The position numbers were made by a program, and so were the translations under genes. The notes under the pieces were generated by a model. It saw nothing but the letters and a program-made list of their open reading frames with translations. It made no database searches and had not been told where the DNA came from. From NCBI GenBank assembly GCA_965226555.1, contig CBDDDG010000014.1, positions 1 through 64,000 on the forward strand: a stretch of 64,000 nucleotides of DNA, given 5' to 3'. The stretch comes from Salinispira sp. Its GTDB lineage: Bacteria; Spirochaetota; Spirochaetia; DSM-27196; Salinispiraceae. Below, one piece after another: positions 52,674 through 64,000 of this stretch (position 1 is its first letter; every line of letters begins with the position of its first letter).

Positions 52674-52761
52674 GTATATTGACTATATGGAATGCTTTTT
52701 CTGTGCTGAGCATTCTCGCATTTTGTAGAAAGTCTGGTATAGAGCTTAAGCAGGAGCATTC

Positions 52762-53634
52762 ATGAGTAAAATGACAGAAAAAACTATGGAAAAAGCATTA
52801 TCCAGAGACGATGATATACTTGCCATGTATCTCCGTGAAATAAGCAAAATTCCTCTTTTGAAGGTTGAAGAGGAAGGGGATCTGATAAGGCGAGCCAAAG
52901 AAGGCGATAATACCACAAAGGAAAAAATTCTTCGCTCCAATTTACGTTTTGTGGTTAATGTGGCAAAAAAATATCGAAACAGAGGCCTGCCCTTTGTTGA
53001 TCTCATAAGCGAAGGTAATGTCGGGCTTATTCATGCCTTTGAACGCTTCGATATAAACCGCGGTTTCCGCTTCATATCGTATGCGGTATGGTGGATACGT
53101 CAGGCAATTCTCAAGGCAGTGTATGAAAAGAGCAAAATGATTCGCCTGCCAATGAACCGCTTCAATGAGCTCATACACATTGAGAAAGCGCGCAATACCC
53201 TTGAAGATTCGCACAGTGAAATGGATGAAATACAAAAAATTGCAGCAAGTCTCAATATGGATGCTACCCATGTCAGTGAACTTATCTCCATTGGCCGAGA
53301 CCATGTATCTTCAGATACTCCGGTGTACCATGAAACAGATAATGCTGTTATCAGCGATTTTTTCGAAGATACCGCCAACACTCTCCCTGAAGAATTTGCC
53401 ATCACTAATTCTCTCAAAAAAGATATTGACAAATTTCTCACTATTCTTGATGAGAGAGAATCGGAAATTATCAGGCTCCGCTTTGGATTAGGCGGTATTA
53501 CCCCCCTCAGTCTTAAGGAAATTGGAAGACGCTTTGGTCTCACCAAGGAACGAATTCGACAAATTGAGCAAAAAGCGATCAAACGTCTTCAACACCCCAT
53601 GCGGAATGGCCACCTTGTTGCATATATGTTTTGA
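52762..53634 (+). CDS. sigma70-family factor lacking region 1.1 (RpoS-like)
   Basis: NLRFVV, DLISEGN, YAVWWIRQ and TKERIRQIE motifs; 290 aa. Confidence 0.9.
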   Translation: MSKMTEKTMEKALSRDDDILAMYLREISKIPLLKVEEEGDLIRRAKEGDNTTKEKILRSNLRFVVNVAKKYRNRGLPFVDLISEGNVGLIHAFERFDINRGFRFISYAVWWIRQAILKAVYEKSKMIRLPMNRFNELIHIEKARNTLEDSHSEMDEIQKIAASLNMDATHVSELISIGRDHVSSDTPVYHETDNAVISDFFEDTANTLPEEFAITNSLKKDIDKFLTILDERESEIIRLRFGLGGITPLSLKEIGRRFGLTKERIRQIEQKAIKRLQHPMRNGHLVAYMF

Positions 53635-53780
53635 AGCGCCATGTGCAGTGCAGAGGAAAACTTTGTTTTATTCAGATCCAAGTGATCAAAAGTAAAATAC
53701 CTGATACTATGATAATTACCTATTGATGTGTGAATACAGAAAAGCACAATAATTCGGATATGGTATATGTCCGAAGCAGA

Positions 53781-53864
53781 GCCGGTGTGGCGGAACTGGT
53801 AGACGCAGCAGACTCAAAATCTGCCGCCAGCAATGGTGTGGGAGTTCGAGTCTCCCCACCGGTA
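53781..53864 (+). tRNA. tRNA-Leu(CAA)
   Basis: GCCGGTG/CACCGGT acceptor stem, GCAGA-CTCAAAA-TCTGC anticodon arm, long variable arm and GTTCGAG T-loop; CCA not encoded. Confidence 0.96.
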
Positions 53865-53876
53865 AGGAGCATAACA

Positions 53877-55340
53877 TTGAAGACTAACGCAGCGCAGAAC
53901 CTGCTTACAAACCCGATCCCCCCGTTGGTGCGATCAATTGCAATACCGGCAAGTATTGGAACAGTGTTCACAACACTTTATAACTTTGTCGATACCTACT
54001 GGGCAGGGCAGCTTTCCACCGATTCGCTGGCTGCCCTCACTCCGAACTTCACGATCTTCCTGCTCGCGCTGACAGTCGGAGTCGGCTTTTCATCGGGCGC
54101 GACTGCCCTCATTTCAAACTACATCGGCGCAGGCGATGAACGAAATTCCCGGTATATCTTTGCCCAGATTATCGGATATGCGCTGTGCGCTCAGGTTGTT
54201 TTGAGTGTTGTGCTGCTCCTGCTCCTGCGCCCCTTGTTTCTGTTTATGGGAACCGATCCCTCCGTTCTTCCCCGGGCAATGGCATATGGTACTGTTATTG
54301 TCTCGGGAGCGGTTGCAATGACCCTTAACCAGGTTTTTAACTCCGCGCTCGCGGCACGGGGGCTTTCAAAGCCCTTCAGGAATTCGCTCATACTTGGGTT
54401 TTTTCTTAACTTCGGTCTGGATCCCCTTCTTCTCTTTGGTGTGAACATTGGCGGCAGGGTAATTATTCCGGCTCTCGAAGAACGCGGCATTGCGCTTGCA
54501 ACCGTAATTATTCAGGCACTCACCGCTTCATACCTTTTGTATCATGCGATAAAGGCCGGCGCTCTCACGGGAACAAAGTTCAAAGATTTTATACCGAATG
54601 TTAAGCCCTTGAAGGAAATTGCTTCTCAGGTTATTCCTGCGATGTTCGACTTTCTTGTCCTTGCGATCGGTACTCTGGTTATCAATTATTTCATTGGCGG
54701 CTACGGTAAGGAAGTTGTCGCCGCCTATGGTACCGCAGTCCGCATTGAGCAGTTCGCGCTCATTCCCAATTTTGGTCTTATGATCGCTCTGGGCGCCATT
54801 GTGGGGCAGAATAACGGCGCCGGAAACATTGAGCGGGTGAGGAAGACCTTCGGGGTAACTCTCCGCTATGGTCTGTACATTATGCTTGTGCTCCTTCCTC
54901 CCATTCTCATTTTCGGCCGTCAGCTTATAGGTCTCATTTCCGACAATGTCGAGGTTATCCGCATTGGCTATAATTATCTGCTCGTTCAGGGGATCACTTT
55001 TTACAGTTACATTGTTTTGTTCCAGGCGAACTCCATGCTTCGGGGCATTAAGAAACCTCTCATGATTATGTGGATGAGTCTGTATCGGCAGGTTCTTGCT
55101 CCCTTTGTCGTTTTCGCCTTTCTTGCTACTGGTCTTGGTTTACGGGAAACCGGCGTATGGTGGGGTATAGTCATTGTGAATTGGTCGGCTGCTTTCATAA
55201 CTCTCTGGTGGCTTATGCGGCAGCTCAAAAATCGTAGTCTGATAATAGAGATGGATGCCAAAGAAAAGTCCAAAGAGGATGCGGAAGCTGCAATGAATGA
55301 CGGGCAGATACAGGATCAGGATCGGAGTGATAAAGAATAG
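53877..55340 (+). CDS. MATE efflux transporter
   Basis: Many TM helices; YNFVDT, LDPLL and GQNNGAG motifs; AAGGAG before a TTG start. Confidence 0.92.
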   Translation: MKTNAAQNLLTNPIPPLVRSIAIPASIGTVFTTLYNFVDTYWAGQLSTDSLAALTPNFTIFLLALTVGVGFSSGATALISNYIGAGDERNSRYIFAQIIGYALCAQVVLSVVLLLLLRPLFLFMGTDPSVLPRAMAYGTVIVSGAVAMTLNQVFNSALAARGLSKPFRNSLILGFFLNFGLDPLLLFGVNIGGRVIIPALEERGIALATVIIQALTASYLLYHAIKAGALTGTKFKDFIPNVKPLKEIASQVIPAMFDFLVLAIGTLVINYFIGGYGKEVVAAYGTAVRIEQFALIPNFGLMIALGAIVGQNNGAGNIERVRKTFGVTLRYGLYIMLVLLPPILIFGRQLIGLISDNVEVIRIGYNYLLVQGITFYSYIVLFQANSMLRGIKKPLMIMWMSLYRQVLAPFVVFAFLATGLGLRETGVWWGIVIVNWSAAFITLWWLMRQLKNRSLIIEMDAKEKSKEDAEAAMNDGQIQDQDRSDKE

Positions 55341-56715
55341 GGTAAGCGGATATGGAGATGGCGATTATGGCGATTTTCTTCGCCGATTGTACAGGGTTGC
55401 CGTAGAGCGCGTTAACCCCTACGGAATGATCATAAACAGGATCACTATCCGCAACGGAACCCTCACCATTCAAAATTCGCCCATCACCATCCGCCTTTCC
55501 GACTACCGTCACATACTGATTATCGGAGCAGGAAAGGCCGGCGCTCCCATGGCGCAGGCGCTGGAAGAACTGCTTAAAGAATACCCGATAAGCGGGCTTG
55601 TTGCCGTTAAATACGGGCACACAGCGCCAACAAATACCATAGACCTTATTGAAGCGGGACATCCTCTTCCCGATGAGAACAGCAGGAGGGCTGCCGATGA
55701 AGTTGCGGAACTTCTTGGCAGGGCCGACAGTGATACGCTGGTGTTCAATCTCATTTCCGGCGGCGGTTCAGCCCTCCTCAGTTGTCCTGTCTCAGAGATT
55801 CCCTCTGCTGATATTCAGGATATGAACACGGTACTTTTGGACTGCGGCGCCGAAATTCACGAAATTAATACTCTGCGCAAACATGTGAGCGGCATTAAGG
55901 GCGGCCGTCTGGCAGAAATGGCCTATCCCTGCCGTTTAATAAATATCATTCTTTCCGATGTTATTGGAGATGATCTGGAAGTCATTGCATCCGGTCCTGC
56001 GGTGCCGGATCCGAGTACCTTTACGAATGTTCAGAACATAGTCGATACATACCAGATCAGGAAAAAATTGCCGCAGTCAATTATCAATTACTTTGATAAG
56101 GGTCTCCACGATCCATCTCTGGAAACACCGAAGGCCGATAACCCCTGCTTTCAGCGGGTACAGACAGTTCTCCTCGGAAACAACCGCTCAGCTCTGGAGG
56201 CAGCAGCAGCCTACGCCGAAAGCGAAGCCGAAAGATGGGGAGTGGACGATCCCGAAAAAGCGGGATTGAGAACCATTATCCTCACTTCCCGTATGAGCGG
56301 TGAAGCGCGGGAAATTGCCAAACTATTTTCCGCCATAGCGCTTGATCCTCCGGGGAAAAACCTGCTCGTTCTTGCTGGCGGTGAAACAACAGTACGCATG
56401 CGGGGTAAAGGCAGAGGCGGCAGGAATCAGGAACTGGCGCTCTCCTATCTGGATACCATACTCCGCAGCGGTCTGTTGCCCGCCGCCTGCTTTCTTGCCG
56501 CCGGCTCAGACGGCAACGATGGCCCAACCGATGCCGCAGGCGCTGTTATTTGCCCAACAGACATCAGCCGCCTTGCTGCAAGCGGACCCTCTCCCGCAGC
56601 ATGGCTTGCCGATAACAACTCATACGAGTACCTTTCCAAGAACGGAATTATCTACAAACCCGGGCCGACAAACACCAACGTCTGCGATTTCTGCTTTCTC
56701 TACATTCATCCCTGA
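55327..56715 (+). CDS. glycerate kinase (MOFRL/TtuD type)
   Basis: GAGKA, GHPLPD, ISGGGSAL, GGRNQE and TNVCD motifs. Confidence 0.92.
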   Translation: MIKNRVSGYGDGDYGDFLRRLYRVAVERVNPYGMIINRITIRNGTLTIQNSPITIRLSDYRHILIIGAGKAGAPMAQALEELLKEYPISGLVAVKYGHTAPTNTIDLIEAGHPLPDENSRRAADEVAELLGRADSDTLVFNLISGGGSALLSCPVSEIPSADIQDMNTVLLDCGAEIHEINTLRKHVSGIKGGRLAEMAYPCRLINIILSDVIGDDLEVIASGPAVPDPSTFTNVQNIVDTYQIRKKLPQSIINYFDKGLHDPSLETPKADNPCFQRVQTVLLGNNRSALEAAAAYAESEAERWGVDDPEKAGLRTIILTSRMSGEAREIAKLFSAIALDPPGKNLLVLAGGETTVRMRGKGRGGRNQELALSYLDTILRSGLLPAACFLAAGSDGNDGPTDAAGAVICPTDISRLAASGPSPAAWLADNNSYEYLSKNGIIYKPGPTNTNVCDFCFLYIHP

Positions 56716-56840
56716 ACCGCCGCGGCACGAATCAGCGGAGCCCCCGCGGCACGAATCAATGTGCGAAAACATCAACGCGGCGCGCCGAATCAACGCGGCG
56801 CGCCGAATCAACTCGGAGTGCCGAATCAGCGCGGCGAAAA
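56716..56840. repeat. intergenic short tandem repeats
   Basis: CGCGGCACGAATCA x2 and ATCAACGCGGCGCGCCGA x2, plus variants. Confidence 0.8.
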
Positions 56841-56841
56841 A

Positions 56842-58173
<1,332 letters not shown>

Positions 58174-58382
58174 TTACATAAAGCAAAGGTTTCGTCAAGG
58201 TTTATATGTGGATATTGTGGGAAATTTGGCGGGATTTTGATATTTGATCGACGGCGCGTGGGCGAGCGACTTGATCGGGTATCAAAAAAAGCCCCGATCC
58301 GTTCCGGCATGGTCATGCAAGAAGCAGGGCGGGGCATAATGTTGCCACAGCGTGAGGCAACAATAGTCAAAAAGCTGGTTGA

Positions 58383-58760
58383 CTACTGCCGGGTAAGAGT
58401 AAAATCAGCAATCCTACTATCAGCAAACATCAAAGTATTGTCACTAATGGTATACTCAAACTTTTGATCCTCAAGTTCTGCAAGTACTGACGGGTCTTCT
58501 AATCCTTCACAATTGCTTAACGTAATTGAGTCCCCGTTATCCTCGTAATCACAAGTAAGTTGCAAACCAGCAGGGGCTTCGAAGAAGACAATAGCGGGAA
58601 ATTTTATTTTAGTAACGGTGAATGTTACAGTATAAGGAACTCCCTCATATTCTTCTATCCACGTCCCCACTAAGGGAGATGGTTCATCCATGTCCATCGG
58701 ACATCCTACTAATATAGTTATCGCGACAACAACTATAAATAATGACATTAACTTTTTCAT
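58383..58760 (-). CDS. small lipoprotein
   Basis: Lipobox LVGC, LVGTW and YTISDNTL; paralog of 27556-27852. Confidence 0.8.
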   Translation of the reverse strand: MKKLMSLFIVVVAITILVGCPMDMDEPSPLVGTWIEEYEGVPYTVTFTVTKIKFPAIVFFEAPAGLQLTCDYEDNGDSITLSNCEGLEDPSVLAELEDQKFEYTISDNTLMFADSRIADFTLTRQ

Positions 58761-59184
58761 AAAGTTAACCTCCTAAAAATATTGGTATAGAAATTCCTCA
58801 AGGGAATCTCTAGAAATTCAATATTCGGTAGTGTGAAATACTGGAGTTTCTGGAAATTCCCGGTGGTGTTAAAGCAGTCTGGTTCATAGGGGGATGTGTC
58901 GGAGCTGTTGCGGCGGGACAGTTTAAACCCGGTAATTAGGAGAGTGATCGGGGATAATGTGAGAAAAATATTTTTTATTTTAGAAGGGGGTTTTTTTTTG
59001 GGGGGGGGGTGGTAGAATGTTTTTGGGATGTATGCTATACTCAGGGTTACGGCTTGGTTTCGCTGTAGCTATTTTGTATGCAGGCATAGTAAACTATCTT
59101 CCTTTTTTGAAAGGCTATCTGAAAAAATTGACCGTGTCAATACCCGCGACAAATGTTTATATCCCAGACATTGCCAATGGTATA

Positions 59185-59213
59185 TTGACAAAATAATCGA
59201 ATCATCATACTAT
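59185..59213 (+). promoter_or_regulatory. sigma70 promoter
   Basis: TTGACA-N17-TACTAT, 28 bp upstream of the ATG at 59242. Confidence 0.7.
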
Positions 59214-59241
59214 TTGCGCATATACGATTAAGGATAATAAA

Positions 59242-60471
59242 ATGTACAGAAAAAATATAAGTATTGTTTTTTTGGGACTGGTACTGTGTACCGCGCTGTC
59301 AGCAGCCGGGAACAGTGATTCGGAAAACACATCCATTTTTTCCATGGATTTCGAGCAGATAGAAGAACAGGCGCAGGGGAGTGATGTCCGCTTCTATATG
59401 TGGGGCGGGTCCCCGCAGATAAACACCTGGGTCGATTCTGTTATCGGCGGGTATCTGATGGATCAATATGATATTACGCTGGAACGGGTTCCAATGGACG
59501 CGAGCGTTTTTGTGAATCGTTTGCTCAGCGAAAAAGATGCCGGCCGTAAAGAGGGCATTATGGACATTCTCTGGATTAACGGAGAAAATTTCAAGAATGC
59601 CCGTGAGGGTGACATTCTCTTTGGTCCCTTCACCCAGCTCCTGCCAAATTTCGCGGACTATGTTGATGCGGCAACGACAATCTCCGATGCCGGGTATCCG
59701 GTTGATGGCTATGAAGCTCCCTATGGGAGAGCGCAGTTCGTTGTGGAATATGATTCTGCCCGCATTGCCGACCCGCCGACGACCTTTGCCGACCTTACAG
59801 AATGGGTCATGGCGCATCCGGGACGTTTTACCTATCCGCAGCCGCCGGATTTTACCGGTTCGGCTTTTATCCGTCAGGTCTTTTACGTGCTCAGCGGCGG
59901 ATATGAGCAGTATCTTGGCGATTTCGACCGGGAACTTTTCGACCGCAATGCGCCTGCTCTCTGGGATTATCTCAACAATCTGGCGCCCTATCTCTGGAGA
60001 AGCGGAGAAAGCTATCCGGCAGACCTTGCCGCCCTTGACGGACTTTTTGAGCGTGGAGAAGTATCGTTTAATATGACATTTACGCAAACTGGCGCAGCAA
60101 GTAAGATACGTCAGGGACGGTACCCGGAATCGGTACGTACCTTTGTCTTTGAAGGAGCCAGCCTTGCCAATACGCACTATCTGGCCATTCCCTTTAACGC
60201 CCCAAACACGGCGGCGGCTCTGGTAGCAATTAACAGTATTCTCTCACCGGAGATACAGCTCTCAAAGAATGATCCGCAAAAGTGGGGCGATTTTACTGTG
60301 CTTGATGTAGGGAAGCTGCCTGAGAGCGACCAGCAGCGCTTTGCAGTTCTTGATCTTGGCGATGCGACCCTCCCGCTCAATGTTCTGAGTGAAAATGCTG
60401 TTCCTGAAATTGATTCACAGTATTTAGAAGCTTTGGAGCAGGGTTGGGCGGAGTATGTCCTTCGGAATTAG
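59242..60471 (+). CDS. ABC substrate-binding protein, YnjB-like
   Basis: YMWGG, WINGENF, PGRFTYP.PPDFTG and NTHYLAIPFN motifs. Confidence 0.88.
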   Translation: MYRKNISIVFLGLVLCTALSAAGNSDSENTSIFSMDFEQIEEQAQGSDVRFYMWGGSPQINTWVDSVIGGYLMDQYDITLERVPMDASVFVNRLLSEKDAGRKEGIMDILWINGENFKNAREGDILFGPFTQLLPNFADYVDAATTISDAGYPVDGYEAPYGRAQFVVEYDSARIADPPTTFADLTEWVMAHPGRFTYPQPPDFTGSAFIRQVFYVLSGGYEQYLGDFDRELFDRNAPALWDYLNNLAPYLWRSGESYPADLAALDGLFERGEVSFNMTFTQTGAASKIRQGRYPESVRTFVFEGASLANTHYLAIPFNAPNTAAALVAINSILSPEIQLSKNDPQKWGDFTVLDVGKLPESDQQRFAVLDLGDATLPLNVLSENAVPEIDSQYLEALEQGWAEYVLRN

Positions 60472-61312
60472 ATCGCTGCCGCTGAGATCGCAGGGAATTA
60501 GATCGCATCCATCTCTTTTCGGGCTTCTCCCGGGCTGCATGCTTGCGGGGCTGGCAGTATCGGCGGGCGCATGGTATTCGTTGAAAAATATCGGGGCGCC
60601 TCCAGATGCGTATGTCTTCGGATCTCTTTTTTTCAGCCTGAACATTGCCTTCCTTTCCACCTTCTTTTCGCTTATCCTCGGAACAGGTCTGGCGCTCTGG
60701 TTGTGGAATCAGAATTCATGGCTTCCCTCGCAACTTTATACCATTCCCCTCATTCTTCCCCACATTGTTGCCGCCTTCTTTGTTGTCATTTTCTTTTCAC
60801 AGAGCGGAATTTTGTCGTCACTGCTGTATCATCTGAGAATTATTACGGATTTGCAGGATTTTCCTGTTCTGGTATTTGATAATGGAGGAACAGGCATTAT
60901 TCTTGCCTACGTATATAAGGAAACGGCATTTGTGAGCCTTCTTGTGCTTGCCTCGCTGAGAAAAATTCCTGCTGCCCTCATTCAGACTTCTTTTATGCTT
61001 GGGGCATCACGAATGCGGACAGCGCGAAAAGTTATTCTTCCGCACATTTCCCCAACACTCTGGATTGTGGGAATTATCATTTTTCTGTACAGTTTCGGCG
61101 CCTACGACATTCCCTACCTCATCGGTTCAGGCAGCAGGCCAATGGTCTCCATAGAGGCCTATCGCCTATTCTTTGAGGGCAGCATTGCGCAGCGTCCAAT
61201 GGCTCACACGCTTTTGTTTATTGTGTGGGTCATTTCGCTTGCCTTTCTTATTGTTTTCATTCTCATACGAACATTGTTCAGCAGACGATCAGATCAGGAA
61301 CACTCTCTGTGA
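60455..61312 (+). CDS. ABC permease
   Basis: Multiple TM helices and an EAA-like loop (SFMLGAS). Confidence 0.85.
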   Translation: MSFGIRSLPLRSQGIRSHPSLFGLLPGCMLAGLAVSAGAWYSLKNIGAPPDAYVFGSLFFSLNIAFLSTFFSLILGTGLALWLWNQNSWLPSQLYTIPLILPHIVAAFFVVIFFSQSGILSSLLYHLRIITDLQDFPVLVFDNGGTGIILAYVYKETAFVSLLVLASLRKIPAALIQTSFMLGASRMRTARKVILPHISPTLWIVGIIIFLYSFGAYDIPYLIGSGSRPMVSIEAYRLFFEGSIAQRPMAHTLLFIVWVISLAFLIVFILIRTLFSRRSDQEHSL

Positions 61313-62163
61313 AGTCGGATCGGGCTGAGAAGGCAGCGTGGGCTGAGAAGGAGGCGTGGGCTGGCAGTATGCAATTTTCGCGGCTCCTATTCATTGTTTT
61401 TTTTCTCCTGCCCATACTGTACCTTATTGTCCGTTCCGTTGGAGGAATTTGGTCATATCCTGCATTACTCCCGCAGTCGTGGAATTTCAGAGCAGTTCGG
61501 TATCTTATTGAGAATGTCAGCCCCATTCTGAAGAGCCTGCGCTCGTCCCTTTTTTACAGCCTTGCTACGGTTGTCATTACCCTTCTTTTCAGTATCGCCC
61601 CTGCTAAGGTGCTGGCCCGCAGGAATTTTCCCGGCAAAATTGTTATTGAATCGTTGCTTCTTGCTCCGCTCCTTGTTCCGGGCATTGTTTTTTCGCTTGG
61701 ACTCTATCCTCTCCTCCTGCGTATTGGTCTCATAGATAATGCCGCGGGGGTGATATTCATTCTTTCATTGCCGGCCTTTCCCTACATGCTGCGCGCGCTC
61801 ACGGCTGGTTTTGAATCGTATGGGCCGGGTCTGGAAACGACCGCTTTCATGTTGGGGGCGGGTATGTTCAGAAGGGCGCGTACGGTTCATGTGCCGCAGC
61901 TCCTGCCTGCCATTGTTTCAGGAGGGATGGTCGTGTTTCTGACGGCTTTTACCGAGTACTTTCTTGTGTTTCTCATTGGCGGGGGAGCGGTTTCTTCATT
62001 TTCAGGATACCTGCTGCCGCTGATCCGCTCATCAGATTGGGGCATAGGGTCAATTCTGAGTATTACCTTTCTCATTATCCCAATTGGAATGTATTCGGTA
62101 TTGGACAGAAGTATCAGTTTATATTATACTAAGCGAAATATTAAAAATGGAGAATTAACATGA
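61309..62163 (+). CDS. ABC permease
   Basis: WSYPALLP and ETTAFMLGA motifs. Confidence 0.85.
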   Translation: MKSDRAEKAAWAEKEAWAGSMQFSRLLFIVFFLLPILYLIVRSVGGIWSYPALLPQSWNFRAVRYLIENVSPILKSLRSSLFYSLATVVITLLFSIAPAKVLARRNFPGKIVIESLLLAPLLVPGIVFSLGLYPLLLRIGLIDNAAGVIFILSLPAFPYMLRALTAGFESYGPGLETTAFMLGAGMFRRARTVHVPQLLPAIVSGGMVVFLTAFTEYFLVFLIGGGAVSSFSGYLLPLIRSSDWGIGSILSITFLIIPIGMYSVLDRSISLYYTKRNIKNGELT

Positions 62164-62885
62164 AAAAGCGCATTATAACGCTTGTAGTAATTGCCGCTGT
62201 TATCGGCGGTTTGTATTTTCTGGCAGATAGTCTCGGCTGGCTCGATCAGTTTAATCCTGATGCAGTGTATGCGGCGAGAGATGAGCTCAAGGATGTGGTC
62301 GATGAATACCTTCTATTGACGGCGGTGATCTTTGTGCTGGTGTATTTTGTATCGGTTGCGCTGAGCGTTCCCGGAGCGTGGCTGCTCACCCTCACAGGGG
62401 GCTTTCTCTTCGGGCCAATTGCCAGCACGCTTCTGGTTAATCTTGGCGCGAGCAGCGGGGCGGTTGTCATTTTTCTTGCGGCCCGATATTTCGTGGGGAG
62501 CAAGGTACAGGAGAAGTATGGCGACAAGCTTGAGAAGTTCAACAGGGAGATAGAGGTGAACGGCAGCAGTTATCTGCTGACACTCCGTTTCATTCCCCTG
62601 TTCCCCTTTTTTCTCATAAACCTGTTTTCAGGTTTTACAACGGTACGGCTCCGCACCTTTATATGGACAACGGTTTTCGGCATTATGCCGGGAAGTTTTG
62701 TGTATTCCTATCTTGGCTACGTGGGCACCACCATTGAGCCCGGGCAGTCGCTGTTTTCACCGCAAATTATTCTGGCGCTCGTGTTGCTGGCGGGTTTCAG
62801 CCTCATTCCTGTGGTATACCGGAAGATCAAAGCCGGAAAAACCGGAGAAAAAAACGGGGGCGATGGCGGCGAAGCGAACGCATAA
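62160..62885 (+). CDS. TVP38/TMEM64 (DedA/YdjX) membrane protein
   Basis: GGFLFG, LRFIPLFPFFLIN and GIMPG motifs. Confidence 0.9.
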   Translation: MKKRIITLVVIAAVIGGLYFLADSLGWLDQFNPDAVYAARDELKDVVDEYLLLTAVIFVLVYFVSVALSVPGAWLLTLTGGFLFGPIASTLLVNLGASSGAVVIFLAARYFVGSKVQEKYGDKLEKFNREIEVNGSSYLLTLRFIPLFPFFLINLFSGFTTVRLRTFIWTTVFGIMPGSFVYSYLGYVGTTIEPGQSLFSPQIILALVLLAGFSLIPVVYRKIKAGKTGEKNGGDGGEANA

Positions 62886-62967
62886 TGCTCCGCGAATTTC
62901 GCAAAATAACGGGAATGCTCAGCACAGAGACAGCATGCCAAATTTGAAATTTTTGGACTGCCCCTAA

Positions 62968-64000
62968 TTAATGCGATCCGTTCCGCAATGTCCGCATTTC
63001 CTCATCGCTCAGCCCGGTAATCCTCTGAACAGCCTCTGTCGACAATCCTTCCAAAAACATACTGCGAGCGTTTTTTCTCCGCTCCTCAATATGACCCTCC
63101 GCGCGACCTGCCTGAAGTCCTTCCTGTCGGCCCTTTGTGATACCCTGCTCAAGACCCTCAACCCGGCCTTTCAGAATACCTTTCTCCATTCCTTTCAGAA
63201 TACCTTTCTCAATGCCCTCAGCCCGGCCCTTTGTGATACCCTGCTCAAGACCCTCAATCCGGCCCTTCGCAATACCTTCCCTGACGAAGGCATTGGTTAT
63301 GTTATATGTCCGCATACTGTTTTCTCCTACTGAATATAGTTCCCTGTCAATTTTCTCAAACTGTCCATACAGTCCCAAGTCCTTCAGATAGCCTAGCACA
63401 CTCTCTGCCAGATCAGTAAAGTCTTGTGAAGACAGACCGTTCAGGAGCTGCGCAATTTCTTTCAGCCCCTCAGCGTCCATCTCATTGTCTCTCATAATAT
63501 ACCACAATGCAGTCGATGTATATCGTTTTCCATCGAAACGCCATGCCAACTGATCCTTTGTCATTCTCCTCAGATCGCACACAATGTACGACACTCTCGC
63601 CCTGACATCTACCGTGCCTTCAGTCATGGATTCGGAAGCAGCATTTCCATGTGAACTGTAAAATGTGAGTGGGAGGTTCCAGTCATTTTTTCCATGGTAG
63701 AGCAGCAGTATATAGATAGCATCCTTTTCATTGTACACATTGCTGTTTCTGAGGGCATGCTGATAGTCATCAATCTGTGTGAGAGCATGTTTATGCTGGT
63801 AGCTTTTATGTTCAATAATGAATAGAGCCTTCCGGTCGGGGTCTGACAGGAAGGGGGCGCTGACAACGAGATCGCAGTGAAGGTTCTTTTTTCCCGCAAT
63901 GTAGCTGGGATTTTCAATGCGAATTTTGTCCATGTCCAGCTTGGCAAGCGTCGTATCCTCACAGAACAGCCGCAGCAGGTCGGGAATCATACGGGGGGTT
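62968..64000 (-). CDS. Rpn-family nuclease, 5' end outside window
   Basis: Near-identical to 37542-38591. Confidence 0.9.
   Translation of the reverse strand, partial: TPRMIPDLLRLFCEDTTLAKLDMDKIRIENPSYIAGKKNLHCDLVVSAPFLSDPDRKALFIIEHKSYQHKHALTQIDDYQHALRNSNVYNEKDAIYILLLYHGKNDWNLPLTFYSSHGNAASESMTEGTVDVRARVSYIVCDLRRMTKDQLAWRFDGKRYTSTALWYIMRDNEMDAEGLKEIAQLLNGLSSQDFTDLAESVLGYLKDLGLYGQFEKIDRELYSVGENSMRTYNITNAFVREGIAKGRIEGLEQGITKGRAEGIEKGILKGMEKGILKGRVEGLEQGITKGRQEGLQAGRAEGHIEERRKNARSMFLEGLSTEAVQRITGLSDEEMRTLRNGSH

Noticed and set aside
53781..53864. tRNA as an island attachment site
   Set aside because: No duplicated tRNA 3' end and no integrase seen in the window.
53730..53876. N-terminal extension of the MATE ORF
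   Set aside because: It is the tRNA-Leu read in frame; the SD supports a start at 53877.
58761..59241. Riboswitch in the long intergenic region before the ABC operon
   Set aside because: No recognisable aptamer consensus, and the predicted promoter leaves too short a leader; an Rfam scan would settle it.

Overview
A bacterial chromosome segment, most likely from a host-associated spirochaete (inferred from spirochaete-type lipoproteins, a Borrelia-like sigma54-to-RpoS arrangement and signs of gene decay). Housekeeping genes (nadK, recN, pstSCAB-phoU, proA, lspA, tyrA, pta, dapB, pfkA, serC, eno, tRNA-Leu(CAA), a Ynj-type ABC transporter) are interspersed with accessory DNA. The main candidate for an undescribed system is an AT-rich 10.7 kb operon (5485-16194). 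It holds a complete SspABCD-type DNA phosphorothioation core followed not by SspE or SspFGH but by a PLD-family nuclease, an SF2 helicase and a MORC/GHKL ATPase. Other highlights: (1) an IS-truncated CmdTAC-like toxin-antitoxin-SecB module whose middle gene ends in an ssrA-like tag; (2) a dispersed double-hairpin miniature element that has inserted into one Rpn gene; (3) four Rpn genes with internal SD+ATG starts and swapped C-termini; (4) three mosaic FN3-BspA(DUF285) surface lipoproteins; (5) several internally deleted pseudogenes. All calls come from motif reading by eye; no database searches were run.
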